Of a stretch of 64,000 bases of DNA, positions 27,075 to 37,855 are shown in pieces. The stretch comes from an uncultured delta proteobacterium. Its GTDB lineage: Bacteria; Myxococcota_A; UBA9160; SMWR01. The notes under the pieces are model-generated. The model made no database searches. It saw nothing but the letters and a program-made list of their open reading frames with translations, and was not told where the DNA came from. Each line of letters begins with the position of its first letter. Position 1 is the stretch's first letter. Location: NCBI GenBank assembly GCA_963832165.1, contig CAWHTE010000001.1, positions 800,001-864,000 of the forward strand, read 5' to 3'. The position numbers and the translations under genes were made by a program.

Positions 27075-29657
27075 TCAGCCCGCGCCCGGCTCGCCGCGCA
27101 CGACCGCTTCGGTGTAGGCGCCGAGGTCGATGATCCGCTGCGCCACGCGCAGCACGTCCTTTCCCGTCACGGCGCGAATCCGCTCCGGATAGGCGCGGCT
27201 CGCGCCGGCGCCGAGCCCGTAGAGCGCATTGAGACTGCTCTGCGCCGCGTGCACTGCGTTGCGCTGGTGGTCGATCGCGAAGTTGCCCACGAGATGGCGG
27301 CGCGCGGCCTCGAGCTCGCCTTCGTGCGGCTCTGCGTCGAGCAGTCGCGAGAGCTGCTCGAACAGCCCGACGCGCGCCGCGGCGAGCTTCTCCGGCGCGG
27401 TCGCGATGTATACGGCGAAGTAGCCCGGCGCGAGGCCCTCCACACTGGTCGCGGTCACCGAATACGCGAGGCCCTGTTTGTCGCGGAGCTCGAGGAACAT
27501 CCTTCCGCTCTGGCCCGCGAGCAGCTGCGTGATGACTTCGAGCGCGAAGCGATCGTCGTCGGCCACGGAGACGCCGCGGAAGCCGATCACGAGATGCGCC
27601 TGGGCGCGATCCTTCACGATCTCGGCGCGGCGGATCTCGCGCGGCGGATCCTCGAGCGGCGGAGAGGGAAGCTCGAAGTCGCCGCCGTCGAGCGCGGCGA
27701 GGCGCACCGCGAGGCCCTGCGCGACGGCGTCCGGGTCGACGTCGCCCGACACCGCGATCACGAGATTGCTCGGGCGCACGAGCCGCTCGTAGTGCGCCAC
27801 CACGGCGTCGCAATCGAGCGCCGAGATCACCTCGGCGCTGCCGAGCGTGGGCATGCGATAGGGATGCTCGAGGAACAGATGCTCGGCGAGCAGCTGGAAC
27901 GCGCGCTGGCCGAGGCGGTCTTCGCGGCGCTCGATCGCGGCGAGCGTCTCGGCGCGTTCGCGCTCGAGCTCGGCCGGGTCGAATGCGGGCTCGATCAGCA
28001 CTTCGGTGAACAGGTCGAGCGCGGGCTCGAGCGCGGCGCTGGGCGCGTCGAGCGTCACGCCGAAGCTGCTGCGCCCCGAGAAGACGTCGATGTCCGCGGC
28101 GCGGCTCTCGACCGCGCGCGCGAACGCGGCTGCCGAATGGCTCTCGGTGCCGCGCATCCACATCGAGGCGAGAAACGCCGTGAGCCCCGACGTGGACGGA
28201 TCCTCCGCGAGCAGCCCGCCGCGCAGCGCGGCGCGCGCCGCGATCACGGGCACGCTGCGGCGCGGCACGACGTGCAGCTCCGCGCCGCCCGGCAGCGCAT
28301 AGCTCACGAGCTCGGGCTCGCGCGAGCGCACGACCGGCGGCGACGCCGCGCGCGACGCGCGCTCCACCCCGCGCATCACCGCGCGCCGGATCGCCGCGTC
28401 GTCGATCGCGCCGCGATCGGCGTCGGGCAGCAGTACGCCGACCGTGAGCGCGTCCTGGCGCCATCTCGTGTGCGCGACGCGCAGCAGATCGTCGGGGGTC
28501 GCCGTGCGAACCGCGTCGAGATAGCGCGCTTCGGTCTCGAGGCTGCCGCCGTTCACGAGGAAGCTGCCGAGCTTCGCCGCGAGGCCCGACACGCTCTCGC
28601 GCTCGAAGTGCTCCGAGGTCAGGAAGTTGATGCGCGCCTTCTCGATCTCTTCGGCGGAAACGGGATGGGCGCGCAGGCGCTCGATCTCCGCGATCGTGGC
28701 CTCGAGCGCTTGCGCGGCGCGCGGCGCATCCGTGTCGAAATCGATCGTGGTGGTTCCGGGGTCGAACGGTGTGTAGGACCAGGCGTCGATCCGGTCCACG
28801 AGCCCGTCGCGCTCCTTCACCGCGCGTACGAGTCGGCTGCTCTCGCAGTTTCCGAGCAGGAAGGACACGAGATCGAGATAGGGCGCATCCGGATGCGAGA
28901 GTGCGAGGCCCGGGTACGCGATCTCGATCGAAGCGCGCTCGAACGGCCGCGCGAGCACCGCCGAGCGCAGCTCGCGCTGCGCGGGCTCGCTGCGCCGATC
29001 GCGGCGCGCGCCGCTCGGCGCGAGCCCCGTGAACGCGCGCCGGATCGACTCGAGCACGTTGGCGCGGTCGAACTGGCCCACTGCGATCGCGACCAGGTTG
29101 TCCGGCGCGTACCAGCGCTCGTAGAAGCGGCGCACGCGCGCGCGGTCGAAGCTGGCGACGCTCTCGGGTGTACCCAGGATCGGATGGCGATACGGATGCT
29201 CGGCGAAGACCGAGTCGAACACGGCGTTGGACAGCACGCTGCCCGGGGAATCCTCGCTGCGCCGGATCTCCTCGAGCACCACCTCGATCTCGCGCGCGAT
29301 CTCGCCGGGATCGAACAGCGAGTGGAGAACCGCGTCGCAGAGCACGTCGATGCCGGTCTCGAACGCGTCCGCGGGCGTCGTCGCGTGGTAGACGGTCACG
29401 TCGTGGGACGTGTAGGCGTTGATGCGCCCGCCTGCGCCCTCGACCTCGCCCGCGATCTGGCCGAGGCCGCGCCGCTCGGTGCCCTTGAACAGCATGTGCT
29501 CGTGGAAGTGGGCGAGGCCGCGCTCGTCCGGACGTTCGTCGGCAGATCCCGCACGCGCCCAGAGCTGGAACTCGGCGACCGGCGCGGTGTCGGTCTCGAG
29601 GAGCACGACGGTGAGCCCGTTCGGGAGCTGCTCACAGTGGACAGAGCGCTGGCTCAC
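27075..29657 (-). CDS. M16 family zinc peptidase (pitrilysin-like, two-module)
   Basis: Inverted zincin GLAHFHEHMLFKGT and NAYTS. The second module is degenerate. Confidence 0.9.
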   Translation of the reverse strand: MSQRSVHCEQLPNGLTVVLLETDTAPVAEFQLWARAGSADERPDERGLAHFHEHMLFKGTERRGLGQIAGEVEGAGGRINAYTSHDVTVYHATTPADAFETGIDVLCDAVLHSLFDPGEIAREIEVVLEEIRRSEDSPGSVLSNAVFDSVFAEHPYRHPILGTPESVASFDRARVRRFYERWYAPDNLVAIAVGQFDRANVLESIRRAFTGLAPSGARRDRRSEPAQRELRSAVLARPFERASIEIAYPGLALSHPDAPYLDLVSFLLGNCESSRLVRAVKERDGLVDRIDAWSYTPFDPGTTTIDFDTDAPRAAQALEATIAEIERLRAHPVSAEEIEKARINFLTSEHFERESVSGLAAKLGSFLVNGGSLETEARYLDAVRTATPDDLLRVAHTRWRQDALTVGVLLPDADRGAIDDAAIRRAVMRGVERASRAASPPVVRSREPELVSYALPGGAELHVVPRRSVPVIAARAALRGGLLAEDPSTSGLTAFLASMWMRGTESHSAAAFARAVESRAADIDVFSGRSSFGVTLDAPSAALEPALDLFTEVLIEPAFDPAELERERAETLAAIERREDRLGQRAFQLLAEHLFLEHPYRMPTLGSAEVISALDCDAVVAHYERLVRPSNLVIAVSGDVDPDAVAQGLAVRLAALDGGDFELPSPPLEDPPREIRRAEIVKDRAQAHLVIGFRGVSVADDDRFALEVITQLLAGQSGRMFLELRDKQGLAYSVTATSVEGLAPGYFAVYIATAPEKLAAARVGLFEQLSRLLDAEPHEGELEAARRHLVGNFAIDHQRNAVHAAQSSLNALYGLGAGASRAYPERIRAVTGKDVLRVAQRIIDLGAYTEAVVRGEPGAG

Positions 29658-29703
29658 GATCCGTCCAGCGTACCCGAGGCCCCGAGCGTACGCTCTCTCG
29701 GCG

Positions 29704-30861
29704 ATGGACGATCTCGGCGTCTACCTGCACGTGCCGTTCTGCGAGCGGATCTGTCCGTACTGCGACTTCGCCGTGATCGCGGCGCGCTCGCTCGGCCGCG
29801 CCGCCGAACAGGAGTACGTGGCCGCGCTGCTGGCGGAGCTCGCGGTGCGCCGCGCCGAATTTGCGGGGCACCGGCTCGCGACGATCTATCTCGGCGGCGG
29901 CACGCCGTCGCTGCTTTCGCCGCACAGCGTGCGCGAGCTGCTCGACGCGGTGCACGGGGCATTTTCGGGCGAGCCCGCCGAGGTGACGCTCGAGGTCAAT
30001 CCCAGCACGCTCGAGCGCGAGCGGCTGCCCGGCTTCCGAGACGCGGGAGTCGATCGCGTGTCGGTCGGGATCCAATCGTTCGACGACACCACGCTGCGAC
30101 GTCTGGGCCGGGCCCATCGCGCGCGCGAGGGCCATCTCACGCTCGCAGCGTGCCGCGCGGCCGGATTCGCGCGAATGTCGCTCGACCTGATCGCGGCGGC
30201 GCCCGGCCAGGACCTCGCATCGTTCGAGCGCGACCTCGGGGCCGCAGTCTCCGCGGCGCCCGACCACGTGTCGGTCTACGAGCTCACGCTCGAGCCCGGC
30301 ACACCGTTCGCTCGCGCGGCGCAGAGCGGCCGCCTCGCGCTCGCGGACGAGGAGATTGCAGTGCGCATGCTCGAGCGGACCGAGGAGCAGCTGGGCGCGG
30401 CGGGCTACCGCCGCTACGAGATCTCGAGCTATGCGCGGCCCGGGCGCGAGGCGATTCACAACCAGCGCTACTGGAACCGCCGACCCGTGCTCGGCCTCGG
30501 CATGGGCGCGGTGTCGAACGATCCGCCCACAGCGGACTCGCCGCACGGCACGCGCCGCACGAACCCGCGCACGCTCGACGCCTATCTCGCGGTCGTCGCA
30601 GGAGTGCGCGATGCGGAGATCGAGGCGCTCTCGCCGCAGGTGGCGCGCGGCGAGGCGGTCTTTCTGGCGCTGCGCACCGCAGCGGGTCTCGATGCGGAGC
30701 GCTTCGCTTCCGAGTTCGGATCGCCGCCGCGCGAGTTCTTCGGCGATGCGATCGAGGCGCTTCGTGCGCAGGGTCTGCTCGAGGAGGCAGACACGGGTCG
30801 ACTGTCGCTCACACCCCGCGGGCGAATGTTGTCGGACTCGGTCTTCGCACACTTCGTCTGA
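29704..30861 (+). CDS. hemW: Radical SAM heme chaperone HemW
   Basis: YLHVPFCERICPYCDF, GGGTPS, YEISSYA and HNQRYW motifs. Sits upstream of hrcA. Confidence 0.9.
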   Translation: MDDLGVYLHVPFCERICPYCDFAVIAARSLGRAAEQEYVAALLAELAVRRAEFAGHRLATIYLGGGTPSLLSPHSVRELLDAVHGAFSGEPAEVTLEVNPSTLERERLPGFRDAGVDRVSVGIQSFDDTTLRRLGRAHRAREGHLTLAACRAAGFARMSLDLIAAAPGQDLASFERDLGAAVSAAPDHVSVYELTLEPGTPFARAAQSGRLALADEEIAVRMLERTEEQLGAAGYRRYEISSYARPGREAIHNQRYWNRRPVLGLGMGAVSNDPPTADSPHGTRRTNPRTLDAYLAVVAGVRDAEIEALSPQVARGEAVFLALRTAAGLDAERFASEFGSPPREFFGDAIEALRAQGLLEEADTGRLSLTPRGRMLSDSVFAHFV

Positions 30862-30908
30862 CCGGGAGCTTGGGGTAACTTGGGTTCGTGGTGAGGAACG
30901 GACCGCCG

Positions 30909-31958
30909 ATGGAGGCCGCGGACTGCGATGACGCCGTGCGGCTGACGGATCGCCAGCAGGACGTGCTGCGCGCGGTGATCCGCGCCTACGTGGGAGCGGC
31001 CGCGCCGATCGGTTCCCAGCACATCTCCCACCTGCTCGTGAAGAATCTCTCCTCCGCGTCGATCCGCAACACGCTGGCCGAGCTCGCCGCGCTCGGATTG
31101 GTCCAGCAGCCGCACACCTCGGCGGGTCGCATCCCCACGGAGCAGGGACTGCGGACCTTCATCGACTTCCTGCTCGAGCGCCGCGAGGTCGCCGACTACG
31201 ACAAGCGCGCGATCGAGTATCGCGTCGACAACGCGCAGGGCGACTCGGTGGTCGAGGTGGCTGCGCAGCTCTTGTCGGAGCAGACGCGCCTGCTCGGATT
31301 CGCCGTGGCGCCGCGGCTCGAGCGCGTGACGCTCCAGCACGTGAGTCTGGTCCGGCTCAGCAGCTCGCGCGTGCTCGCGGTGCTGGTCTCGAGTACGGGC
31401 GCCGCCTATCGCCGCGTGATCGCGGCCGACGTCGATCTCGACCAGCGGGAGCTGGACCGCGCTGCCTCACACCTCACCGAGCGCGCAGTGGGTCGCACGC
31501 TCGGCGAGGTCCGCGACGCGCTGCACCGCGAGGCCGCCGCGCTGCGCCACGAGGCCAACCGACTCCTTCGCTGCGCGCTCGAGCTCGGAACGCGCGCGGT
31601 GGCACCGCAGGACGAAGAGGTGGACATCATCGTCGCGACGCGGCTGGCCGTGCTCGACCAGCCGGAGTTCCGCGACCCTCGCCGCATCCGCGAGATCCTC
31701 GAGACGCTCGAGACCAAGGAGCGTCTGGCCGAGATCGTCGATCAGATGCTCACGAGTGGCGGAGTTCAGGTGGCGATCGGTGGAGAGATGGGAGATCCCA
31801 CGCTCTCGCACTGCGCGCTGGTCGCGACGCGCTACGGCGACGAGCTCACGCCGCTCGGCGCGGTGGGCGTGATCGGGCCGAGCCGCATGGATTACTCGCG
31901 CGTGATTCCGCTGGTCGCGTTCTGCTCGCGCGCCATCACGGGCAAACTGCTGGGATGA
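30909..31958 (+). CDS. hrcA: Heat-inducible transcription repressor HrcA
   Basis: SSASIRNTL, QPHTSAGRIPT and GVIGPSRMDY motifs. Start is approximate. Confidence 0.95.
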   Translation: MEAADCDDAVRLTDRQQDVLRAVIRAYVGAAAPIGSQHISHLLVKNLSSASIRNTLAELAALGLVQQPHTSAGRIPTEQGLRTFIDFLLERREVADYDKRAIEYRVDNAQGDSVVEVAAQLLSEQTRLLGFAVAPRLERVTLQHVSLVRLSSSRVLAVLVSSTGAAYRRVIAADVDLDQRELDRAASHLTERAVGRTLGEVRDALHREAAALRHEANRLLRCALELGTRAVAPQDEEVDIIVATRLAVLDQPEFRDPRRIREILETLETKERLAEIVDQMLTSGGVQVAIGGEMGDPTLSHCALVATRYGDELTPLGAVGVIGPSRMDYSRVIPLVAFCSRAITGKLLG

Positions 31959-32641
31959 GTGGCACGCGCGACGGGGGCCGGAAGGGCGGGCCGGCTCCGG
32001 ACGACGACGGCGGCTCGATCCCGATCGATCCCGAGCTCGAAGCCGCGCTGCGCGAGGCGATGGACTCGGTTGCCGAGACGCCGCGCCGTGGCGAGACGGA
32101 ATCGGGCGACGTCGCCGGGTCCACCCCGGAAGCAGGGGCCGAGGACTCCGTGGCACTGCTGCGCGAGGAGCTCGCGGACGCCAAGGAGCGCCTGCTGCGC
32201 CTCCACGCCGAGTTCGAGAATTTTCGCAAGCGCGCGCTGCGGGAGCGCCAGGAGGCGATCCAGTACGGGTCCCAGAATCTCTTCAAGGACGTCGTTTCGG
32301 TGGTCGATAACCTCGATCGGGCCATCGAACACGCTCGCGAGAGCGGGGGCGGGGACTTAGCGAGCTTTCTGCAGGGCGTAGAGCTGGTGTATCGGGAGCT
32401 TCTCGGGATCCTCGAGAAGAATCACGTCACCGAGATCGAGGCCCTCGGGAAGCCGTTCGACCCCTCGCTCCACGAGGCGATGGCGCAGGTGGCGAGCGGC
32501 GCGGTGCCGCCCAACACCGTGATCGAAGTCTTGCAGAAGGGTTTCCAGCTGCGCGATCGCCTGGTGCGACCGACGCGGGTCATCGTGGCCAAAGCGGCGG
32601 ATACATCGGCGAAGAGCGGTGGAGAGGACTCCGCCGGTTGA
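31955..32641 (+). CDS. grpE: Nucleotide exchange factor GrpE
   Basis: [17 protein letters not shown] and [13 protein letters not shown] motifs. Confidence 0.95.
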   Translation: MSGTRDGGRKGGPAPDDDGGSIPIDPELEAALREAMDSVAETPRRGETESGDVAGSTPEAGAEDSVALLREELADAKERLLRLHAEFENFRKRALRERQEAIQYGSQNLFKDVVSVVDNLDRAIEHARESGGGDLASFLQGVELVYRELLGILEKNHVTEIEALGKPFDPSLHEAMAQVASGAVPPNTVIEVLQKGFQLRDRLVRPTRVIVAKAADTSAKSGGEDSAG

Positions 32642-32675
32642 TGCCCACCCGGGCTCGGCCGCGGAAGCGGCGGGC

Positions 32676-34505
32676 ATGGGCAAAGTCATCGGCATCGATC
32701 TCGGGACGACGAACTCCTGCGTCGCGCTGTTCGAGAACGGCCAGACCCAGGTGATCGCCAACTCCGAGGGCGCGCGCACGACGCCCTCGATGGTGGCGTT
32801 CTCGAGCTCGGGCGAGAAGCTCGTCGGACAGATCGCCAAGCGCCAGGCGGTGACCAACCCCGCGAACACGATCTACGCGATCAAGCGCATGATCGGGCGC
32901 AAGCGCGACAGCGAAGAGGTGAATCGTTTCGCCGAGATCGCGCCGTTCCCGATCACGGCGGCCGACAACGGCGACGTGCGCGTGTCGATCGGCGGCCGCG
33001 CCTACTCGCCGCAGGAGATCTCGGCGATGGTGCTCGCGAAGATGCGCGAGACCGCGTCGGATTTCCTCGGAACCAGCGTCGAGGAGGCCGTGATCACGGT
33101 TCCCGCCTACTTCGACGACTCGCAGCGCCAGGCCACCCAGGACGCGGGCCGCATCGCCGGCCTCAAAGTGCTGCGAATCCTCAACGAGCCCACGGCGGCC
33201 GCGCTCGCGTTCGGCCTCGACAAGCAGGGCAGCGGCCGCGTGGCGGTGTTCGATCTCGGCGGCGGAACGTTCGACGTCTCGATCCTCGAGATCGCCGACG
33301 GCGTGTTCGAAGTGCGCAGCACCAACGGCGACACCTATCTGGGCGGCGAGGATTGGGACCAGCGTCTCGTCGACCACATGATCGGCGTGTTCAAGGACCA
33401 GAGCGGCATCGACGTGCGCAAGGACCCGATGGCGCTGCAGCGGATCAAGGAAGCGTCCGAGCGCGCGAAGCACGAGCTCTCCTCGTGCGAGGAGACCGAC
33501 ATCAGTCTCCCGTTCATCGCCGCGGACGAGCAGGGCCCCAAGCACCTCGCCCTGTCGATCACGCGTGCGGAGCTCGAGGAGCTCACCGCGGATCTCGTCG
33601 AGCGCCTCACCGAGCCGTGCAAGATCGCGCTCGAGGATGCCGGTCTCGCTGCGAGCGAGATCGACGACGTCGTGCTCGTGGGCGGCATGACGCGGATGCC
33701 CGCGATCCAGCGCAAGGTGGAGCAGATCTTCGGGAAGGCCCCGCACAAGGGCGTGAACCCCGACGAGGTGGTCGCGGCGGGCGCGGCGATCCAGGCCGGC
33801 GTGCTCTCGGGCGAGGTCGAACAGGTACTGCTGCTCGACGTCACTCCGCTCACGCTGAGCGTCGAGACACAGGGTGGTGTCGCGACCACGATGATTCCGC
33901 GCAACACCACGGTGCCGACCTCGATGAGTCAGGTGTTCTCCACGACCGAGGATCACCAGACCGTCGTGCGCATCCACGCCGTGCAGGGCGAACGCGAGAT
34001 GGCGCGCGACAACAAGACGCTCGGACGCTTCGAGCTGGTCGGGCTGCCACCCGCGCCGCGCGGCGTCCCGCAGATCGAGGTCACGTTCGACATCGACGCG
34101 GACGGCGTCGTCAAGGTGTCGGCGAAGGACCTCGGGACCGGGCGGTCGCAGGCGATCCAGGTGACCGCGTCGAGCGGCCTGTCCGACGCCGAGATCGAGC
34201 AGCTGGTGGCCGAGGCCTCGCAGCACTCCGAGGACGACCGCAAGCGCCGTGAGCTGATCGATCTGCGCAATCAGACCGACGGCTTGATCTACTCCACGGA
34301 GCGAACGCTCGAGGAGTTCAAGGAGAACGTGACCTCCGATCAGCGGCAGGTGCTGCTGCGCGCGATCGAAGCGGCGCGCGCTGCCAGCGCCGCCGACGAC
34401 ATCACCGCACTGCGCGCGGCGATGGGCGAGCTCTCCGCGCGCACTTTCGAGATGACCGAGCGCCTCTACGCCGAGCTGGGTGGCAAGAGTCCCGACGCTT
34501 CCTAG
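32676..34505 (+). CDS. dnaK: Chaperone DnaK (Hsp70)
   Basis: [23 protein letters not shown] and [12 protein letters not shown] motifs. Confidence 0.97.
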   Translation: MGKVIGIDLGTTNSCVALFENGQTQVIANSEGARTTPSMVAFSSSGEKLVGQIAKRQAVTNPANTIYAIKRMIGRKRDSEEVNRFAEIAPFPITAADNGDVRVSIGGRAYSPQEISAMVLAKMRETASDFLGTSVEEAVITVPAYFDDSQRQATQDAGRIAGLKVLRILNEPTAAALAFGLDKQGSGRVAVFDLGGGTFDVSILEIADGVFEVRSTNGDTYLGGEDWDQRLVDHMIGVFKDQSGIDVRKDPMALQRIKEASERAKHELSSCEETDISLPFIAADEQGPKHLALSITRAELEELTADLVERLTEPCKIALEDAGLAASEIDDVVLVGGMTRMPAIQRKVEQIFGKAPHKGVNPDEVVAAGAAIQAGVLSGEVEQVLLLDVTPLTLSVETQGGVATTMIPRNTTVPTSMSQVFSTTEDHQTVVRIHAVQGEREMARDNKTLGRFELVGLPPAPRGVPQIEVTFDIDADGVVKVSAKDLGTGRSQAIQVTASSGLSDAEIEQLVAEASQHSEDDRKRRELIDLRNQTDGLIYSTERTLEEFKENVTSDQRQVLLRAIEAARAASAADDITALRAAMGELSARTFEMTERLYAELGGKSPDAS

Positions 34506-34534
34506 CAAAGCGTGCTGACCGGTCCGAAATCGTG

Positions 34535-34562
34535 TTGACGAAGCCGGTCCCCCGCCTAGATT
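34535..34562 (+). promoter_or_regulatory. Putative sigma70-type promoter upstream of dnaJ
   Basis: TTGACG-N16-TAGATT in the dnaK-dnaJ spacer. Confidence 0.45.
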
Positions 34563-34604
34563 CCCCCGGCATGCCGCCGTCCTGCGGGGAACGAGACTCC
34601 TGAG

Positions 34605-35720
34605 TTGGCGAAGCGCGACTACTACGAGATCTTGGGCGTCCCGCGCGATGTCGACCCGGAGGCGCTGAAGAAGTCCTATCGCGCGCTCGCGATGCGCGAT
34701 CATCCCGATCGCAATCCGGACGATCCGGCCGCCGAGGAGCGCTTCAAGGAGGCGACGGAGGCGTACTCGGTCCTCTCCGATCCCGAGAAGCGGCGGGCCT
34801 ACGATCGCTTCGGCCACGCGGGCGTGGGCGCGGGTGCGCCCGGCTTCCAGGACTTCGGCGATCTCGGCAACTTCACCGATCTCTTCGACGACCTGTTTGG
34901 CGACCTGTTCGGCGGGCGGCGCGGTGGGCGCCGCCGCGGCCGCGGTCAGCGCGGCGCCGATCTCCGCTACAACCTCGAGATCGATCTCGCCGACGTGCTC
35001 GTGGGCCTCGAGCCCACGATCAAGATCCCGAAGATGCGCCCGTGCGAGACCTGTCAGGGGTCGGGCGCGCGGCCGGGCACCACGCCGGAGACCTGCGGGA
35101 GCTGTCGCGGCAGCGGCCAGGTGGTGCTCCAGCAGGGCTTCTTCCGCGTGAGCCGCCCCTGCGACGCGTGCGCGGGCACGGGCGAGATCGTGCGCTCGCG
35201 CTGCACCGATTGCCGCGGCCAGGGTCGCGTCGAGGGGCAGCAGACGCTCAGCGTGCGGATTCCTTCCGGCGTCGACGACGGGACGAGGCTGCGGCTGACC
35301 GGCGAGGGCGAGGCCGGGATCGCAGGCGGCCCGAACGGCGACCTGTACGTCGTGATCGGGGTCCGTCCCCACCCGCTCTTCGAGCGCGAGGGGCCGGACC
35401 TCCACTGTCAGGTGCCGATCACGATGGTGCAGGCGGCGCTCGGCGCGGAGATCGACGTACCCACGCTCGAGGGCGTGGTCAAGCTGAAGATTCCCGAGGG
35501 CACGCAGTCGGGGAAGGTGATGCGACTGCGCGGGAAGGGCCTGCCGACGCTGCGCTCGAGCGCGCGCGGCGATCAGCTGCTGCACATCTTCGCGGAGACG
35601 CCGTCGCGGCTCACCGCTTCGCAGCGCGAGCTGCTCGAGCGCTTTGCGGAGGAGAGCGACACCAAGGTGTCGCCCGCGCACAAGGGATTTCTCGACAAGC
35701 TGCGCGAGCTGTTCGATTGA
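34605..35720 (+). CDS. dnaJ: Chaperone DnaJ
   Basis: J-domain HPD, G/F region and four CxxCxGxG repeats. TTG start. Confidence 0.97.
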   Translation: MAKRDYYEILGVPRDVDPEALKKSYRALAMRDHPDRNPDDPAAEERFKEATEAYSVLSDPEKRRAYDRFGHAGVGAGAPGFQDFGDLGNFTDLFDDLFGDLFGGRRGGRRRGRGQRGADLRYNLEIDLADVLVGLEPTIKIPKMRPCETCQGSGARPGTTPETCGSCRGSGQVVLQQGFFRVSRPCDACAGTGEIVRSRCTDCRGQGRVEGQQTLSVRIPSGVDDGTRLRLTGEGEAGIAGGPNGDLYVVIGVRPHPLFEREGPDLHCQVPITMVQAALGAEIDVPTLEGVVKLKIPEGTQSGKVMRLRGKGLPTLRSSARGDQLLHIFAETPSRLTASQRELLERFAEESDTKVSPAHKGFLDKLRELFD

Positions 35721-35733
35721 GGGGCGCAAGTTT

Positions 35734-35760
35734 CGCGCAGCGAGCCGAAGGAGAGCGAAG
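35734..35760 (+). repeat. Partial copy of the dispersed REP-like repeat
   Basis: cgcgcagcgagccgaaggagagcgaag matches the core of the 55025-55112 copy on the reverse strand. Confidence 0.6.
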
Positions 35761-35773
35761 ACCATCGGGTCGG

Positions 35774-37807
35774 GTGCGCGGGCTGTGTCTCGGGATCGCG
35801 CTGTGCGCGTTCGTGGGCTGTACCGCGCTGTTTCCGCCCGAGGCGACGCAGGAGGAGCGGCGCGCGTACACGGCTGCCGAATCGATGCGCCGCTCCGACC
35901 CCGCAAAGGGGCGCGCGGCGCTCGAGGCCTTCCTCGCGCGCTACCCCGAGAGCGCGCTCGCGTCCGACGCCGGGCTTGCTCTCGGCGAGATCGCTCGCGC
36001 CCAGGGGCGTACCGACGAGGCGAAGCGCCGCTATCTCGAGGTGGTGCGGCGCGGCGGTGCTGCGTCCGACCGCGCGCGCGTGAGGCTCGCCGCGATCGAG
36101 CTCGAGCGCGGGGATGCAGCCGCTGCGCGTCAATGGCTCGATCGCGTGCGGCTCTCGCAGCTCGATCGCTCCGAACTGCGCACGGCGTACCGCGCCTTCG
36201 CCGAGAGCGCGCAGCGGCCCGCCGACCGGGTGCGCTGGCTCGGGCTGCTGCGCGGTGAGGTGACGGACGCGAGCGAAGGTGCGGCGATCGACGCCGAGAT
36301 CGACCGCACGCTCGGCACTCTCGATCTATCCGAGCTCGAGCTCGCAGCGCGGCAGGTGGGAAATCGCGCGCCTGCGGGTCACATCTACGTCGCGCTGGCC
36401 GAGCGCGCGCTCGTCGAGGGCAAGACCGACGCGGCGCGCGACGCCGCGGAGCGCGCGCGCAAGCTGTCGATCGCACCGCGCTACGCGCCGCGGCTCGCCG
36501 CGGTGGAGGCGCGCCTGGGCCGGCCCGACGCCGAGGCCGAGGCCGCGCCGACCGACGTCGCCCGGTTGCGCACGTTCGAAGACGTCATGCAGCGCCCGGC
36601 GCCGGACTTCGCCTCGGCGCGCGGTGTATTGGGCGTCGTGCTGCCGCTCTCCGGCCCGTTCGCCGGCTTCGGCGAGCAGGCACTGCGCGGGGTGCTCCTG
36701 GCCGCAGGGATCTTTCCGGGCGCCGAGGGCGCGGCCCAACCCGTGATGCGGATCGCGGTGCGCGATTCCGGCAGCGACCCCGGGCGCGCGGCCGCCGCGG
36801 TGCGCGAGCTCGCCGGGGATCCGGAAGTGGTCGCGATCGTGGGGCCGCTGGTCTCCGCGACCTGCGAGTCCGCCGCGCAGGAGGCGGAATCGCTCGGGGT
36901 CCCGCTGCTCGCGCTCACCGCGCGCGAAGACGTGGTGAATCAGCGCCGATGGGTGTTCCGCCTGCGCACGCGTCCGGCCGAGGAGGCCGAACTGCTCGCG
37001 GAGCGCGCGGTCGCGCTCGGCGCCCAGCGCTTCGCGATCCTCTACCCCGACGACCCCTACGGCGTCGGTCTGCGCGGCCTGTTCTGGGATGCGATCGAGG
37101 CGCGCGGCGGGCGCGTCGTGGGCGTGGAATCGTACGACCCGAAGGCGACCGACTTCGGGGAGCCGATCCGGCGCCTGGTCGGCTACAAGCTGCTCGACGC
37201 GGAGGAGAAGTCGCTCCTGGCGACCCGCGACGCGATGCTCGAGCGCGCGCGACGCCTCCCGACCGACGCGGCTCGCGAGCTGCGTGCGAACGCGCGCAAG
37301 CTCACCACCAAGGACGGCCGTCCGATTCCGCCGATCGTCGACTTCGATGCGCTGTTCATTCCCGCCTCACACAAAGAGGTGGTGCTGATCGCCCCGCAGC
37401 TCGCGGTCCAGGAGGTGACGAACGTCCGGCTGCTGGGATCCGAGGGCTGGTACGACTCGCAGCTCGTGCGGCTCGGCGGCGCGCCGCTCGAGGGGTCGCT
37501 GTTCGCCGCCCATTTCTACCCCGACAGCCCGGTGCCCTACGTGCAGTCGTTCCGGCAGCGCTTCGAGGCCGCGTTCGGCGCCGTTCCCGATTCGTTCGCG
37601 GCCCAGGGCTACGACGCCGCGAGCCTCGTGCTCGTCCAGCTCGCGCACGGGCACGACGACCGCGAGGACATCCGCGACGGGCTGCGCAAGATCGCCTCCT
37701 ATCCCGGCGTTTCCGGTGTGACCACGATCGGCGCGGACGGAAATGCACAAAAACGCCCCTTCCTGCTCGGCATCGAGCACGGCCGGCTCGTGCAGCACAC
37801 GGACTAG
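35774..37807 (+). CDS. LpoA-like penicillin-binding protein activator lipoprotein (TPR plus periplasmic-binding domain)
   Basis: Lipobox FVGC, TPR-like N-terminus, and GVVLPLSG, IVGPL, DFDALFIP, AQGYDA motifs. Confidence 0.75.
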   Translation: MRGLCLGIALCAFVGCTALFPPEATQEERRAYTAAESMRRSDPAKGRAALEAFLARYPESALASDAGLALGEIARAQGRTDEAKRRYLEVVRRGGAASDRARVRLAAIELERGDAAAARQWLDRVRLSQLDRSELRTAYRAFAESAQRPADRVRWLGLLRGEVTDASEGAAIDAEIDRTLGTLDLSELELAARQVGNRAPAGHIYVALAERALVEGKTDAARDAAERARKLSIAPRYAPRLAAVEARLGRPDAEAEAAPTDVARLRTFEDVMQRPAPDFASARGVLGVVLPLSGPFAGFGEQALRGVLLAAGIFPGAEGAAQPVMRIAVRDSGSDPGRAAAAVRELAGDPEVVAIVGPLVSATCESAAQEAESLGVPLLALTAREDVVNQRRWVFRLRTRPAEEAELLAERAVALGAQRFAILYPDDPYGVGLRGLFWDAIEARGGRVVGVESYDPKATDFGEPIRRLVGYKLLDAEEKSLLATRDAMLERARRLPTDAARELRANARKLTTKDGRPIPPIVDFDALFIPASHKEVVLIAPQLAVQEVTNVRLLGSEGWYDSQLVRLGGAPLEGSLFAAHFYPDSPVPYVQSFRQRFEAAFGAVPDSFAAQGYDAASLVLVQLAHGHDDREDIRDGLRKIASYPGVSGVTTIGADGNAQKRPFLLGIEHGRLVQHTD

Positions 37808-37855
37808 AGCGAATCCCGCCTACAGTCGCGCTTTCGCGCCGACGAAACGTTCGTC

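Noticed and set aside
32580..36476. 1298-aa minus-strand ORF antisense to dnaK/dnaJ, and similar long ORFs at 27249-30878 and 59243-63040
   Set aside because: Shadow ORFs produced by high-GC codon bias opposite well-conserved genes. They have no recognisable motifs.
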